Shown here piece after piece: positions 12,813 to 25,400 of a stretch of 64,000 bases of DNA. The notes beneath the pieces were generated by a model. The model saw only the letters and a list, made by a program, of their open reading frames with translations, did no database searches and was not told the DNA's origin. Positions within the stretch are counted from its first letter, which is position 1. The number at the start of each line of letters is the position of its first letter. A program made the position numbers and the translations under genes. The DNA is taken from assembly GCF_018977255.1 (NCBI RefSeq), contig NW_024704742.1:50036001-50100000 (forward strand), written 5' to 3'. This DNA comes from Callorhinchus milii (lineage: Eukaryota).

Positions 12813-13748
12813 TAACAACTTTTTAAACATCATTTGAACCATTTGTTCTTGTTCTTCTGGTTGTAATGCAAAAAAAACCAGCTACCTGTCTGCCTTGATA
12901 GTGAGGAGCCTTTTGGCATGATGGGGAAATATGATTATACATGTGCAAAGGACCTGTGCAATGAGCACTCTCATGATTTATTTTAAAATGTACAGGTAAA
13001 CCTGGTCAAAGTGATAGGATGAAGCCCAGTTTAGATGGTTGATAACGTGAGTTGAATGAGCCTAAACCTGTTAAATTTAGTAACAGGTAGTAACAGTAGC
13101 TTTTTTTTTTGCATTAAAACCAGAATTTAGTGTGTTTCAATAAATCTCTCATTTTGCATAATATAGATCTGGGAACTTGACATCAAAAGTGAAATAGGTA
13201 AAGAGAGTGAAATTTTCTTTTCACCAAACTGACTACCAAGAGGAAAATCTAGCCTGTATCAAGGCACAGATATGAAATGTAAACATGCAAATCATATCAT
13301 TAGTGATTTGGTCCTGCAGGTCAAGGTAGTGTAGAAATAGTGCAAAGTGGTTGTGACCTGCACTGGATAAATTGGTGTGAAAATGGGACTTTTAACTTTT
13401 TTTTAAAAAAAGTGAAAAATATCAAAGTTCTTAAGATGTACTTGCCTTGTAAAAAGTAATTGGCATTTCTGAAAAACAAATATTTATCATGAAGTGCAAC
13501 AAAGTAAGTTTCAACAAATATTTCCTTTATTTAAATATTCATTCGTTCCATCGTTCATACCTTCATTCATTCATTCAATCAATCACCTTTATAAAAGCTC
13601 AACAGTAACCAAACATTACCAAACACCCTATGAAACAGTGTGTTAATTCAACAGTAAAGTAGGTAAAGAAGCAAACAAGTATAACAGAAGAAAACGTTTC
13701 AAACATGAGCATATCCTTTCGTGGATCTTTGCAGAAAGATTGACTTAC

Positions 13749-13816
13749 CATGTTAATGGCATCGACTGGCCCAATGCTGTTCACGTAGATGTCTGTTTCA
13801 ATCACTGTTGGCCTCA
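13749..13816 (-). CDS. gabrg1: gabrg1 exon 3 (68 nt; VRPTVIETDIYVNSIGPVDAINM)
   Basis: ttgcag acceptor, ATG|GTAAGT donor; gamma1-type VRPTVIETD and PVD.INM. Confidence 0.96.
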
Positions 13817-14164
13817 CTGCAATTTATCACATTTCATATTGTAACCAAAGAAAAAACAAGATACATTTATAGCTTGAAAATGCTGAGCCCAAGTCATAGA
13901 ATCACATGAGAGTGAAATTTCACCTGGGTCTAAATTTATTCTATTTTCTTACCATTTCAGAGCTGGCAGAATTTGGCAAAATTGTTGAACTCAGTCTTAA
14001 TATACACAGACTTAAGAAAAAATAACTTGCTTCAAAATGAAGGCTGTATTTTTAGAATTTACCATATTCTGGACATTCTGAAATGCTAAAGGATAGAATA
14101 AATCTAAACCTGGCTGGAATTCCCCCACCCACACCCCCGCTCACCACCCCCCAAAATCAATATT

Positions 14165-14660
14165 TATCTCATCATATCTCCACTGATGTCAGCTTACTAA
14201 CATCCACTTATCAAATCCTTTCATAATTATAAACAGCTCCATCAGGTTCACGCTCAATTGTCTTATCTCTGAGAGAAAATATCTAATCTATCCAATCTTT
14301 ATTGATCACTGTATCCACTCATCTCTGGAAACATAGTGGGCGTAGTAGTAAATTATGCTGCACTCTCTCCATTGTTAAAATATCCTTCATGTACCAAAAT
14401 TGTGCACAGTATGCAATCAAAATGCAGTCTAACCAAGTTTTTATATAAAATTAACATAAATTCCCTACTTCTGTACTCTATTCTTTTGGACATAAAGCAT
14501 GTTATGGTCTTGTCCATCTGTGCTACTACTGTTAAGAGTTTGGGGAATCTGAATCTCTCGATCCCTTTGCTCCTTTTCCCCTCTTATGTTCCTGTCATCC
14601 AGAATGTGGTCAGTTTCTTTATTTTTCCTACCAAATACATGGCAAGTCAATAGTTATCAA
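14165..14660 (-). mobile_element. Degenerate CR1 LINE ORF2 C-terminal fragment
   Basis: Reverse-complement CR1-like text (ccagaattgtgcacagtatgc, ataaagcatgttatgg, atccctttgctcc). Confidence 0.6.
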
Positions 14661-17016
14661 CCGCTGATAATTGTCATATCAAATTGATTATGAACCATTA
14701 CATAATTACCCCTACCCTCATCAAAGCAATGAAGTGTATCAATGAAGATAATTCAGTCATTTCCATTGTTATCGTGCTGGTTTATAAACAACAACTTGCA
14801 CTTGCTTGAATTCTAAAACCCTGACTGGCGGGACCAACTGGGAGGAGATCTGGTCTGATGAGTGGGAATTTTCGGCTAAGAGTAATTACAATGACGGTAC
14901 CAGTATTTGTCAGTATTTTTCAACAAGATGAAGCAGGGGTGTGCGCTGAGAGTGGGCTGGGAGGAGTCTACATGCACACAGGCCCGTGAAATTGTTTTTA
15001 AATTTCCGTTTCAGGCCTAGTCTTGCTAAGTACGAAAATGTCTCAAAGCACTTCACAGAGACAGAGTGGGACCAACCAGGGTTAAAAGTGTGGAGGGTGA
15101 AGTTGGAGAGTGGTGACTGAAAGCACACTGAAAGAGGTGGATTTTTGGAAGGGATTTGAAAGCAGAGAGGGAAGATTTGAATGTTGAATTGTCCTCCCCC
15201 AGGCTCGGAGTTATGCTCGACCACTGTCAAGCGCTCCAGGACCCTACCCTACGTGAGGGGTGCTATATAAATGCAAGTTGTTGTTGAATATTTCAGTGAA
15301 AGCAAAATTTAATTTCTGCTTTCTGGAATCTTCTGTGGTTCCCTCCAAAAAAAAACAATAATAAATTGGTCATTTTCAATCCACGACTGTCTGTGGGACA
15401 CTGCCGTTCACAATTGGCTGCCGCATTCGCCCACAAATATACAGTCAATTCACTTTACAGTATATTCTGTGAAGCGCTTTGGGACGTCTAGAAGATGTGA
15501 AAAGCGCTATATCAAATGCAAGGATTATTATTATTATTATTATTATAACCCTCTCCCTTGAGCAGAAGGAGAGGATTCCAGAAAGCAGAGGCAAAATTTT
15601 GCTTTCGCCAAAATATTTTATATTTTTTTCTTATGTAACCAGGATTTATGATTATTTTGACAATAAAACAGCCTCATGAACCTTTAGAGAGATGATAATA
15701 TTTATCTGCATTGGTATCAATACTATTGCAAGATGTTTGGCTTGTGTTCTCTGTTATAGAAGGACCAAATGCTTCAAAAGATCAATTTCAATTTTAAGAA
15801 AGGACATCGGCTCTTTAGGAACACTGAAACAAATTTATGGCATAAATGTCCAGAACTAGTTTTATTTTTACGAAGTGTGTCTGTTTCTAAAATATGTGGG
15901 ATAATCTATATACCGTGCCAGATTCAGTCCTTTTGAACTGGAGCCAACAATGTGCAATTATCAGTAACAACGCTAAAAGGCTTTGATGACTTAACAATGA
16001 TTTTGAGCTCTTGGTAAAAAGATTAGTTAAAATGTTAGATTAAATTTAAACAGATGGTTAAAATGAACCAAGACATAGTCTTCTTATCTAATTTATTCTT
16101 TCTTTGGACCATAATTCAAAGTTTAGAAAGTCCTGAACTTAAATGAGCAGTAAACAACTGTTATTTAATAATAGTGAACGTTTTAAAATATTTGCCAGAA
16201 AAAGAATGTGTTCTATTAAATCAGACTACAGTATTTAATATGTTGATAAATTCCTTCACATTCATTGAATTGTCTTCCTATCCCACATTGCTGGATGCTT
16301 CCATTCACAAAGAACTACGGTTGCCTCTTACATTTTCGGCAGTGACAATACATTGCCAAAGACAAATGCTTCCTTCTGTCAAGCTGTTACAACTTTCTTA
16401 AGGGAGTCACTCCACATCCCTCCTGGAAGCAGCCACTATTTCACTGTGCTCAATTGTACAATACTTACTCAGCCAATTATCACTACCAATCTTCCCAAAG
16501 GTATAATTTCCTTTTCCTGCCCTCCCATAAGCAAAAATAAAACAAATTAGACCAAATCATCTTTAAAATAAGCATCAGCAGTTAGTGCAATCTCCACCAA
16601 CTGTGACTCGTGATACCTTTAACATGACGTGTCACCACAGAAGGTTGACTACATTGACTAAGCTGCAATCTTGCACAGAAGCACATTTCAAAGATGGGCT
16701 TGCTCCGTGCATCAAAAGGTTATAAATAACAATTCTGCTCATCTGGATTGCAGATGTATTCTTTTTCATTACTTTACTGCTGGTTCATTTCAATAATGAG
16801 GGTCTGAATATTCCGATTTAACCATGAGGCAAATTAAATTGTCCATTCATCTTGTGCCAAAATGTAAGTAGGGAATGTATTATTCAGCAATCATGCACAC
16901 ACTTGTTGTTTATTGCTCCTATTAAACAATGACTCAATCTGGTAACATTGAATTTCCCAAACTTAAAACAATTAACTTGATAATGTATCAAATGAATTTT
17001 TTTTTGAACATTATTC

Positions 17017-17725
17017 AACAACAACAACTTGCACTTATATAGCTCCCTCCACAGTGGGCAGCATCTCAGAGCGCTTAACAATGGTAGAGCCCAAAGCCGA
17101 GCCAGGGGGAGGGGGAAGGTGACCGAAGGCACGGTCGAAAAGGAAGGTCTTCAGGTGCGACCTGAAAATGGGAAACGAGGGGGCAAGGTGAAGGGATTGA
17201 GGGAGGGAGTTCCAAAGTTTCAGAGTGTAGTGGCTGAAAGCACAGTCGCTGATGGTGGAGCAGAGGATTTGGGGGACGTGGAGGAGGCCGGAACCAGTAG
17301 AGCAGAGGCAGTACTGGGTACTGCTGTGGGGAGAAAGGAGGTTAGAGAAGGGAGGGGGGTGCCAAGGAATGGAGGGATTTAAACACTAGAGTGAGGATCT
17401 TGAAGTCGAACCTGACGCCTAAGTTTTGCACAGGTTCAGAGAATTTTAAAGACAGATTGGGTAGGTTGAGAAGGTCGGATCTGAGGGCCAGAAGATGTCG
17501 GCGGGAGCCAAACAGTATGGCTTCAATCTTGTTGATGTTTGACTGCAGGAAATTTGTGCTTATCCAGCTCCTGATGTCTGACAGACAAACTGACAGGGAC
17601 CGCAGCTGGAGGTGGAAAAGTAGAGTTGAGTGTCATCCGCATACATGTGGAAGTTAACCCCACGTCTGTGGATGACATCACCGAGAGGGAGCATATAGAT
17701 GAGGAAGAGAAGTGGGCCGCAGGTG
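17017..17725 (-). mobile_element. L2 LINE fragment (RT YADD region plus 3' end, internally deleted)
   Basis: [11 protein letters not shown] in ORF 17560-17889; (CAA)n tail on the plus strand. Confidence 0.85.
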
Positions 17726-18699
17726 ACTGGGTGGAAGAGTATATGTTGGTTCAAGAGTATATGCTGTCTGATTATTTGTGATTCGCCTCTGAGCAACTGG
17801 AATGGGTTGCATCCAATTGCATTCTGAACTCCAACTTGTGTACTCGGAAAATGGGGGACTTTGCTCTGGCAGTAAGTGTTGCCTGCCACTTAGACAAAGT
17901 CATCTATCTGCACAGCCACAAAGTCATTCATTGCTCTCCTGTAACACAGGCCATGCAAATGAAGAAGCAGAATGAAGACTGGTGGGATTGGTCATGGGAA
18001 AATGCTGATGCATTTTATATCTCTGAAGCTCTATTCCAGAGTCCTTCCTACTCATTCCCTTCCTCCCCTCATTCAAGGCATTTCTCGGAATGTACCTCCT
18101 TGATCACTTTTTCAGTCATTATTTCCCCTCCCACCCTAGCTTGGATGTCCATACAGTTTTGTCAAGTGCATTGAGATATCCTCCTGACATGAAAGGCATA
18201 TTATAAGTGTAAATTGCAAACTTATCTAATAATTATAATACTTCTTCAGTGTACCACAAAACATTGTTGTTCATCCCTTTCAAGCCTTGTCCTTTTGCTG
18301 AACAATCCTAATAATTCTCTGTCTTCTATACTGATTGCAAATGATTCCCCTGCAAGCATGCACAGGTTATATTGATATTGAACAGACATTAGGATTGGCA
18401 ATGAGAAGCTTTGCTAATGCAGGATCTGCTGAGTGATGAGGTCACTCCAAAGGGCCTTGGGCAGTACCTGGTGGGGAGGGGGGTGTGTTTGGAGCTTGGG
18501 CTGGATAAAAGCTGTAACCAACCCCTAGGCCAGTTTCTGGCTCTGTGACTAATGACATAAGCCTCTGGTTCTGTGTTGCCAGGGAAAGCAAAGGAAGCCT
18601 GAGGGCAGCCATATGACAGACTGGGTGATTCCAAAGGAGGCTCTGTGGCCATTGAAGGGGAGCAACTGAGAGATAAGAGACCGAGTGCCTTGTTGTGGT

Positions 18700-19370
18700 G
18701 GGAATCATGAGCAAAAGCAAGGCATAAGAGAGGATGGAAATGTCAAATTATGAACCCAGACCTTGCACACCTCCGGCTCGTTAGTATTGTCTACAGGGTG
18801 CTGAAGACTACAGAGGTCCTCGCTGTAGTAGTACACTGTGACGTGCCTGCCAATGGAATCAACCCAGCTCTCTGTGGCGGTCTCAGTAATCTGGTGCCTG
18901 AGCCAGGTGGGTCTGCAGTATTCCAGGACACTGCTGATGCAGCACAGTTAGCCTGGCTCATCAACAGGACCTGGAAGGATAGACCAGTGCATTGGGGGCA
19001 GGGAGTCATCCTACTCAGCTCTTGTTAACCCTGCAATCCAAAACCCTAACTGGTAGGGTGGTCCTAGCTGGACAAGCGGCAAAAAAGCTTGCCTGGCAGC
19101 AATATCAATGGCAAGGTATGCGGTTTTAGCTGTTAAGACTCTAGCAGTCCCCAACATACACTCTGGGGTCGCTATGCCTTGGCAACACTTTCCGGAATTA
19201 GGTAAGCAGGATGTGTCCCTCCAGGGAGAGAGTGTGTGTACCATTCCAACAATCTATCTCTGTGATTTCCATGTGGGATGGTAGGATGCTTTGAAATCTC
19301 AGCTTGGTTTGGATACTTTTAAGCATGGTGATGGGTTTCCAAATCTGTCTGGCACCCGGCTGACCAAAAG
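18700..19370 (+). mobile_element. 3' part of the RTE-X-like LINE family (other copies ~28130-28460 plus 28905-29075, 30880-30975, 34655-34815, 37055-37195, 56975-57066, 60440-60540)
   Basis: LCGGLSNLVPEP is homologous to 53132-53329; shared 3' motif TTTGGTTTGGATACTCTTAAGCATGGTGATGGGTTTC...CAGCTGACCAAAA. Confidence 0.75.
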
Positions 19371-19500
19371 GTATACCTAGTGAACCAAGTCTCTTTCCCT
19401 GTAAGTTAAGTATCTGTTTGGTTCTGATGGTTCATCTTCATGGTGCAGGAGTGGGATTTTCCGGGTTTGGGGATGAGCAAAAGTAGGAAGTTACATCCAA

Positions 19501-19975
19501 GAGAGTGGCTGGTGAGTAGAGCCTGAGAAAGAGGTTGGTGAGAGGAATCTATGAGAGAGGCTGGTGAGAGGAGTCTGTGACTGCCAACCTGCCCGCTCCC
19601 TCCATTCATCGGGCTCCGGCCTGCTCCATGTCTCCCGCCAGATCCACCCTACCACCAGTGGCCGGGCTTTCAGCCGCTCTGCCCCCACACTCTGGAACTC
19701 CATCCCACGGTCCCTTCGCCTCACTTCCTCCCTCGCATCCTTCAAGGCCGGTCTCAAGACCCTTCTCTTCGACCGTGCCTTTGGTCTCCCTCCCACCTCT
19801 CTGCCTTCCCTCACCCCTACACCAACCCTCCCCCATGCTTGGGCCCCGACACCTGACTGTTCAGTGCTTTGGGATGTCCTACCAACATGAAAGGCACTCT
19901 TATCATTTTTTGTTGTTGTTGATGTTGAGAGAAGCTGGTGAGAGGAGCCTGTGAGAGAAGCTGGTGAGCGAAGCC
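19501..19975. repeat. 26-bp minisatellite (GAGAGARGCTGGTGAGAGGAGCCTGT), about 5 units, split by an L2
   Basis: Units start at 19501, 19527, 19553, 19927 and 19953. Confidence 0.85.
19581..19926 (+). mobile_element. L2 3' fragment inserted in a 26-bp tandem repeat
   Basis: GRAFSRSAPTLWNSIP...FKAGLKTLLFDRAF, (TTG)n tail, possible TGA TSD. Confidence 0.88.
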
Positions 19976-20654
19976 CAAGTACAGAGACTGCTTTAGTCAG
20001 TGGAGACATAACCCAGATTGGGCAAAACTAACTTCAGCATTCTTAACTTCAGTCTTAATTGGCAAGACTGGCAAGACTTAAGACTTCAGTCTTAATTTTC
20101 CACAGTTCTTAAAAAGGCTTCAATATAATAGTGACTTCTAAAAATTTTCCACAAATCTGCGTGATGTTAAATTTTAAGATAAAACAGTTTTACAGACTAA
20201 AACCAATTGGAATTTTTGGCTTCTGGTGTTAGTTGCTTCCTTGTATTTGCCTTGTCGCATGCTACTGAGCCTCACTCCCTGATGTGCTCTTTCTACTGTA
20301 CAATGTGACCATTTTTTCCAAATGGATGGAAGGAAAATGCTTTTTATGTAATTACACAGAATAGCATAGACAGCTGTAATTCACCCCAGTCATCCATATC
20401 TGTAACTCTTTCAATTTTAAATTTAAAAACTTGAAGTGGGTTGAGTCATGTTTTTGGATGATTTGGGTTTTCTCACAGTACCTTTTGGAATAACAAGCCT
20501 GTCATCTGTAAAGTAGACATAATTTCTACTTTCTAATTGCATCCACCTATACAAGAGCTCTCTTATCTCAATTGCCCATTTACATGAATCACATCTGCTA
20601 CCACAGGCCACAAGGGAAGTCCCCATAATCTTGCTGGGTGATATATACAATTGC

Positions 20655-21090
20655 ATAGATTATTCAAGCACAGAACAGGCCATTCAGCCTAACTAGTCCC
20701 TGTAGGTATTTATACTCCACATCACTCTTCCGAACCCCTCTATTTCATTCTCCCTCATGTATGGATCAAGTTGCCTGCATTTTGGGATGTCCTCCTGATG
20801 TGAAAGGCAGTATACAAATATTTGTTGTTGTTGTTGTTGCCCCTCAAATGTATTGACACTCTCTACTTCAACCACAGATTCTAGCTGTGCGTTCCACATT
20901 CCCACCAACCATTGTATAGAAAAGTTCCTCCTAAGCTCCCCTTTTATATCTGCTGGAAGCTTTATTATATTTATGGTCTGTTTTTTGCACTCACGAACAA
21001 GTGGAAACAGCCTATTAATGTCCACCTATTCAAATCCTTTCATAATATTAAATACCTCTATCAAATCCGTCTCCACTCTCTCATCTACAG
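20655..21090 (-). mobile_element. CR1 3' fragment with a short L2 tail inserted at ~20775-20840
   Basis: LRRNFSIQWLVGMWNAQLESVVEVESVNTF peptide, typical of the CR1 ORF2 C-terminus. Confidence 0.75.
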
Positions 21091-21409
21091 AGAGTGATAA
21101 CAAATTAACAATTTAAATAAAAACTACATCTCAATTGAATAATAAGAGAGTGAATTGTCTGTTTTAGTGACAAACACACCTGATGTTAAAACCATGTTGA
21201 AGTGTTTATTACTTCAGCAATGTGATGGGAATTCATATAGGTTTGAATATTTGAGTAAAAAATACTGAAAGAAGGAATGCCAACTTGGGTGGAAGAGAGC
21301 TGTTCTAGCAAAGTTTCTTGTGTTTCATCTCCAAATTCTGGGATTAACATTACTGAATGTTTATTCAGAATTTTGATGCATTAATTTGTCCATTGAAAAT
21401 ATACTAAAT

Positions 21410-21748
21410 ATTATAATAATAATAATCCTATAATAATAATCCTTGCATTTGATATAGCGCTTTTCACATCGGGAGGACGTCCCAAAGCGCTTCACAGAAT
21501 ATACTGTAAAGTGAGTTGACTGTATATTTGTGGGCGAACGCGGCAGCCAATTGCGCACAGCAATGTCCCACAAACAGTCATAGATTGAAAATGACCAATT
21601 TATTATTGTTTTTGTTTTTTGGAGGGATTATTATTAGGCGTGTGGAGTAAGGAAACTTGCCCAAGGTTTCGCCCTGACCTGCCTGGAATTGAACTCAGGT
21701 CTCTCGCTTGCAAAGCGAGTGCTCTAACCACTGAGCTACAGGACTCCA
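21410..21748 (-). mobile_element. SINE family A, internally deleted subfamily
   Basis: Head GGAGTCCTGTAGCTCAGTGGTTAGAGCACTCGCTTTGCAAGCGAG; (ATT)n tail. Confidence 0.9.
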
Positions 21749-22279
21749 TGCTAGCTTTAAGTTTATTGGACTGTTCAGATATATCAACTTTTTAAATATT
21801 TTACCATTAAAATTAGTATTATGGAGATGGTATTGTGAAACAGAACCTTCTGACTGTAAGGAGAAGAGATCAACTTCTGTCTTCATATAATAACAGACTG
21901 AGAGTCTGTTATATTTTATGCAGAGAACCATAGAAATTAACAGCACCAAAAAAGTTCATTCTGCCTATTGTGTCTTTGAAAGAGCAATCTATTCAGTCCC
22001 ATTTACCTGCCTTTTCCCCATACCCCTTCAGATTATTGCTCCTTAGATATCTAAGAATGACTCTCTCTGTCCAGTTTTCTCCTGACATGGATACTGCCTC
22101 ATCCACCACACCCAGAAGGCCATTCCATGTCATCTTTTATATTGTGGACTGCTTCAATAAATATTTCTGTAATAACTGGAGATCTCAAGTTCATTAAATC
22201 CTCTCTGTTTATACTCCAAAGTTCATTCCAAAGTATTGATACCAATGCAAATAATACACATTTTAAAAACAAAACTTGC

Positions 22280-22428
22280 CTCCCATATCTGGTCTAAGTT
22301 TGTTATCATATCCTTTAAGTAAGGTGTTCAGGATATTGGTGACATCACTTTCATGGACTCTTGGTGCTAGGACCCATGTCTTATTCAGTGCTGTGTCTTC
22401 ATAATCTTCATCTTCCACTTTGTTTGCA
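22280..22428 (-). CDS. gabrg1: gabrg1 exon 2 (149 nt; [49 protein letters not shown])
   Basis: Gamma-subunit motifs NKTWVL and GYDNKLRPD. Acceptor tgtctag; donor is non-canonical G|GCAAGT. Confidence 0.95.
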
Positions 22429-25400
22429 CTAGACACATAATAAAACGACAATTAAATAAAATCACAGAAATTGATAGCACAGAAAGATCTCATTCAGCCC
22501 ATCAAGACTGTACCAGCTCTCAAAGCAAGCAGTACTTACAATCCCATTGGCTTTTCTTAACCCCAAATCCCTTCAAGCCTCTGACTTTCATATATATCAC
22601 CTCCTTCCCTCTTGAAACCCATCATGGACTCTGCCTCTACCTCTAAAATTGCCAAGGCACATCACATCCCAACAAATCTGTGAGTAGAAAAAGTTCTAGC
22701 TATTCTTATGACTATCTTATGCACATTAACAAAAGGGCCAAGAATAATTATTATCCTCCCTTTCTCTTTTTATTTCAATGGGGATAATTCTGCTGTTTCA
22801 AAATATTAGAGTTCCTTGTGCGTTAGAGCAACTGGATAGAAATATTCTTCCTCATGATTACTTACCATATGAAAGAACCCATGTGATGCTAGAGATTTGA
22901 ATTTCTATGTGGGTTTAATAGGACATTAGCAAAACCAAATTTATTCTACAAGCGCAATAGTCTTCTGATAGCAGCATTAACAAAGTTATGAGTGAGCTTT
23001 CAAGATTTTCCTCCCAGTTGAATATTGTGTATTTTGCAGTCCATCATTGATTTTTCTGCTCATAAAATATGATTTAAATCAACTATTGTTTCTTAACCCT
23101 ATTTGAATGTAAGACTAGTATTTTAACACCAAGCAACAATTTGCATTTATACAGTGCCTTTCACATCTCAAATAATAATAGTTGCATTTGATATTGTGCC
23201 TTATCACATCATCAAGACCTCTCAAAGCACTTCACAGAACATAGTATAAACTGGATTGACTGTGGTATTTTGTGAGCGAAGCTCAGTAGCCAGTTTGCAC
23301 ACAGCAATGTCTCACAAACAGTACTTCCAATAATGCAATACACACCTAGCACTGCAATGGAGTGTCAACTTAGACTAAATTATTCTAAGTCCTACAGAGG
23401 GGCTGAACTCACAACTTTCAGATTCAGAGGCAAGAGTGCTCTCACTGAGTTAGGCTCAAAGTGCTTCACAGGGACAGTGTCAGATACTGAGCAAGGGAGG
23501 AAGGAGGTAACCATAGGAAAGGTCAAAGAGGTAGGCTTTTAGGTGGGATTCTACCATGCTCCAAAGCATGCCTCATGTCTCTCCAAAATAAATCAGTCAC
23601 TGCTTGAAAAATCTCTTCCAACAAGGATGAAACTAATTTACACAATCTTCTCATTCTAAGTAAAAAGTGAATATCCCATTAGCAGTAATCCACATAAATA
23701 ATCTACCTGTAAGATGATTCAACTATTATTTCAACCTCTACCAGGCTTGCTTTATTTATTTTTCCTTCCTGTGACATCCATTCTGTATATTTAGAGGTTC
23801 TATCAGTTCACGGTATTAATGAAGGGCAACGGCTGAAATGTAAGCTTAGTTTCTCCATTAGAAACATTTTAATTTGTTGTCGACTTACAGGAATTGTTCT
23901 CTTTGTTTCACATTTTCAGGAGTATTACCTCTTACGGTTTCTGAGAAAGAACATTACAAATAATGACAGATAGCATGTGTCAGCCTGACTCTGAGTAGAA
24001 TTATGTGAATTCAAGTGTCAAATTGGGGAACAAATAGCTCACGATCTAGGTTGACACTTCAATGCAATGTTGGGGGAGCACTGGATTATTGGAAGTGTCG
24101 TTCTTCAGATGAGATGTTGAAACCAAGATTCTATCTGCCTGTTCAGGTTGAAACCCAAATGCCATTTGAAAAGAGAAGGGAGTTTCTCTCAGTGTCCTGG
24201 TCAAGAGTTCTTTGCTGTGTGCAAAGTGGCTGCCTCAGTTGAATGCAAAATACAATCACTACACTTCACAAGAATTACTGAAAAGTGCTTTGAGAGATTT
24301 CAACTTTATAGGCGCTATATCAAATGTAAGGAGTATTATTATGTACTGCTGCGTTTGGGATTTATAGGGAGACTGGCAAAAGCCAACACTGCAAACCTTT
24401 CCACAGTCAAAGCTAAAAGTTGGGTATAAATAATCTGAATCAAAACAGCTTTGTGTTAAAAGATGTGTTTGTTCCTTGAACGGGCTCAGAAATGCTGAGA
24501 TCAGCGATGACAACAGTTTCAGGACACTGCTGGCTGGCTCAGTAGCTGCAGCAGCAACTTTGGGCACAACCATATGAATGGAGTGAAAGAGAGGGTTGAA
24601 TGAGGGAGGGGTTGTACATCATAAGCCCCCATAATGTCACATTGTGTATAGATGTCAGCAAGTCTCTCTGGCAGCTTTGATGTCAACACTTCCATTGAAA
24701 TTCATGTCATTACCATTCTTGATAGAACTGAACCAACACCAACTGAAAATAAGAATAGAACAAGAACAACAACAACTTGCATTTGTCTAGTGCCCTTCAC
24801 TAGGTACAGTCTGGGAATGCTTAAGGATGGGATGAGGCAGAGAGCTCCAGAGTCTCAGGGCATAGTGGCTGAAAGCATGGCTGCTGAGGGTGGAGTGGAG
24901 ATTCATGTAGGAGGCCAGAACAGCTGAGTGAAGGGGACAAATAGTAAAGTGTAGTGTAAACAGGTCAAAGAGGTCGGGAGGTACTATATTTGGTTATCAC
25001 CATTTGGCGGGCAAAACACACTCACTTTTCTCCTATATTAGAAGACGTGAAGAAGAAACAAAAAGACAACAATTTAAGAAATTAAATACAATAAATTAAA
25101 GGGCTCAGGGAGGAAATAGGATGATAGTGCAACATGATGCTAGAAGGAAAATACTAGTTTATCAGAGAAATATAGTGCAAAAAATGAAAATCAGTCAAGC
25201 TTGGCATTTATTAAATACATTCTGCAATGACTTTATAAGAATAAATTATCCACTTGTCATTACATGACCCCACTCATTTACATTGTTCTTATTCATTAAA
25301 AATATGAACATGATTGACACCATGTTATGCTTGAAATGTGTAACAGCTTTGCTCGTGGCAGTTTACTGATGTGGAACAGAGAGCTAGGTTTATACAGCGA

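Noticed and set aside
19501..19975. CRISPR-like array
   Set aside because: The units are contiguous with no unique spacers, and the context is a vertebrate intron.
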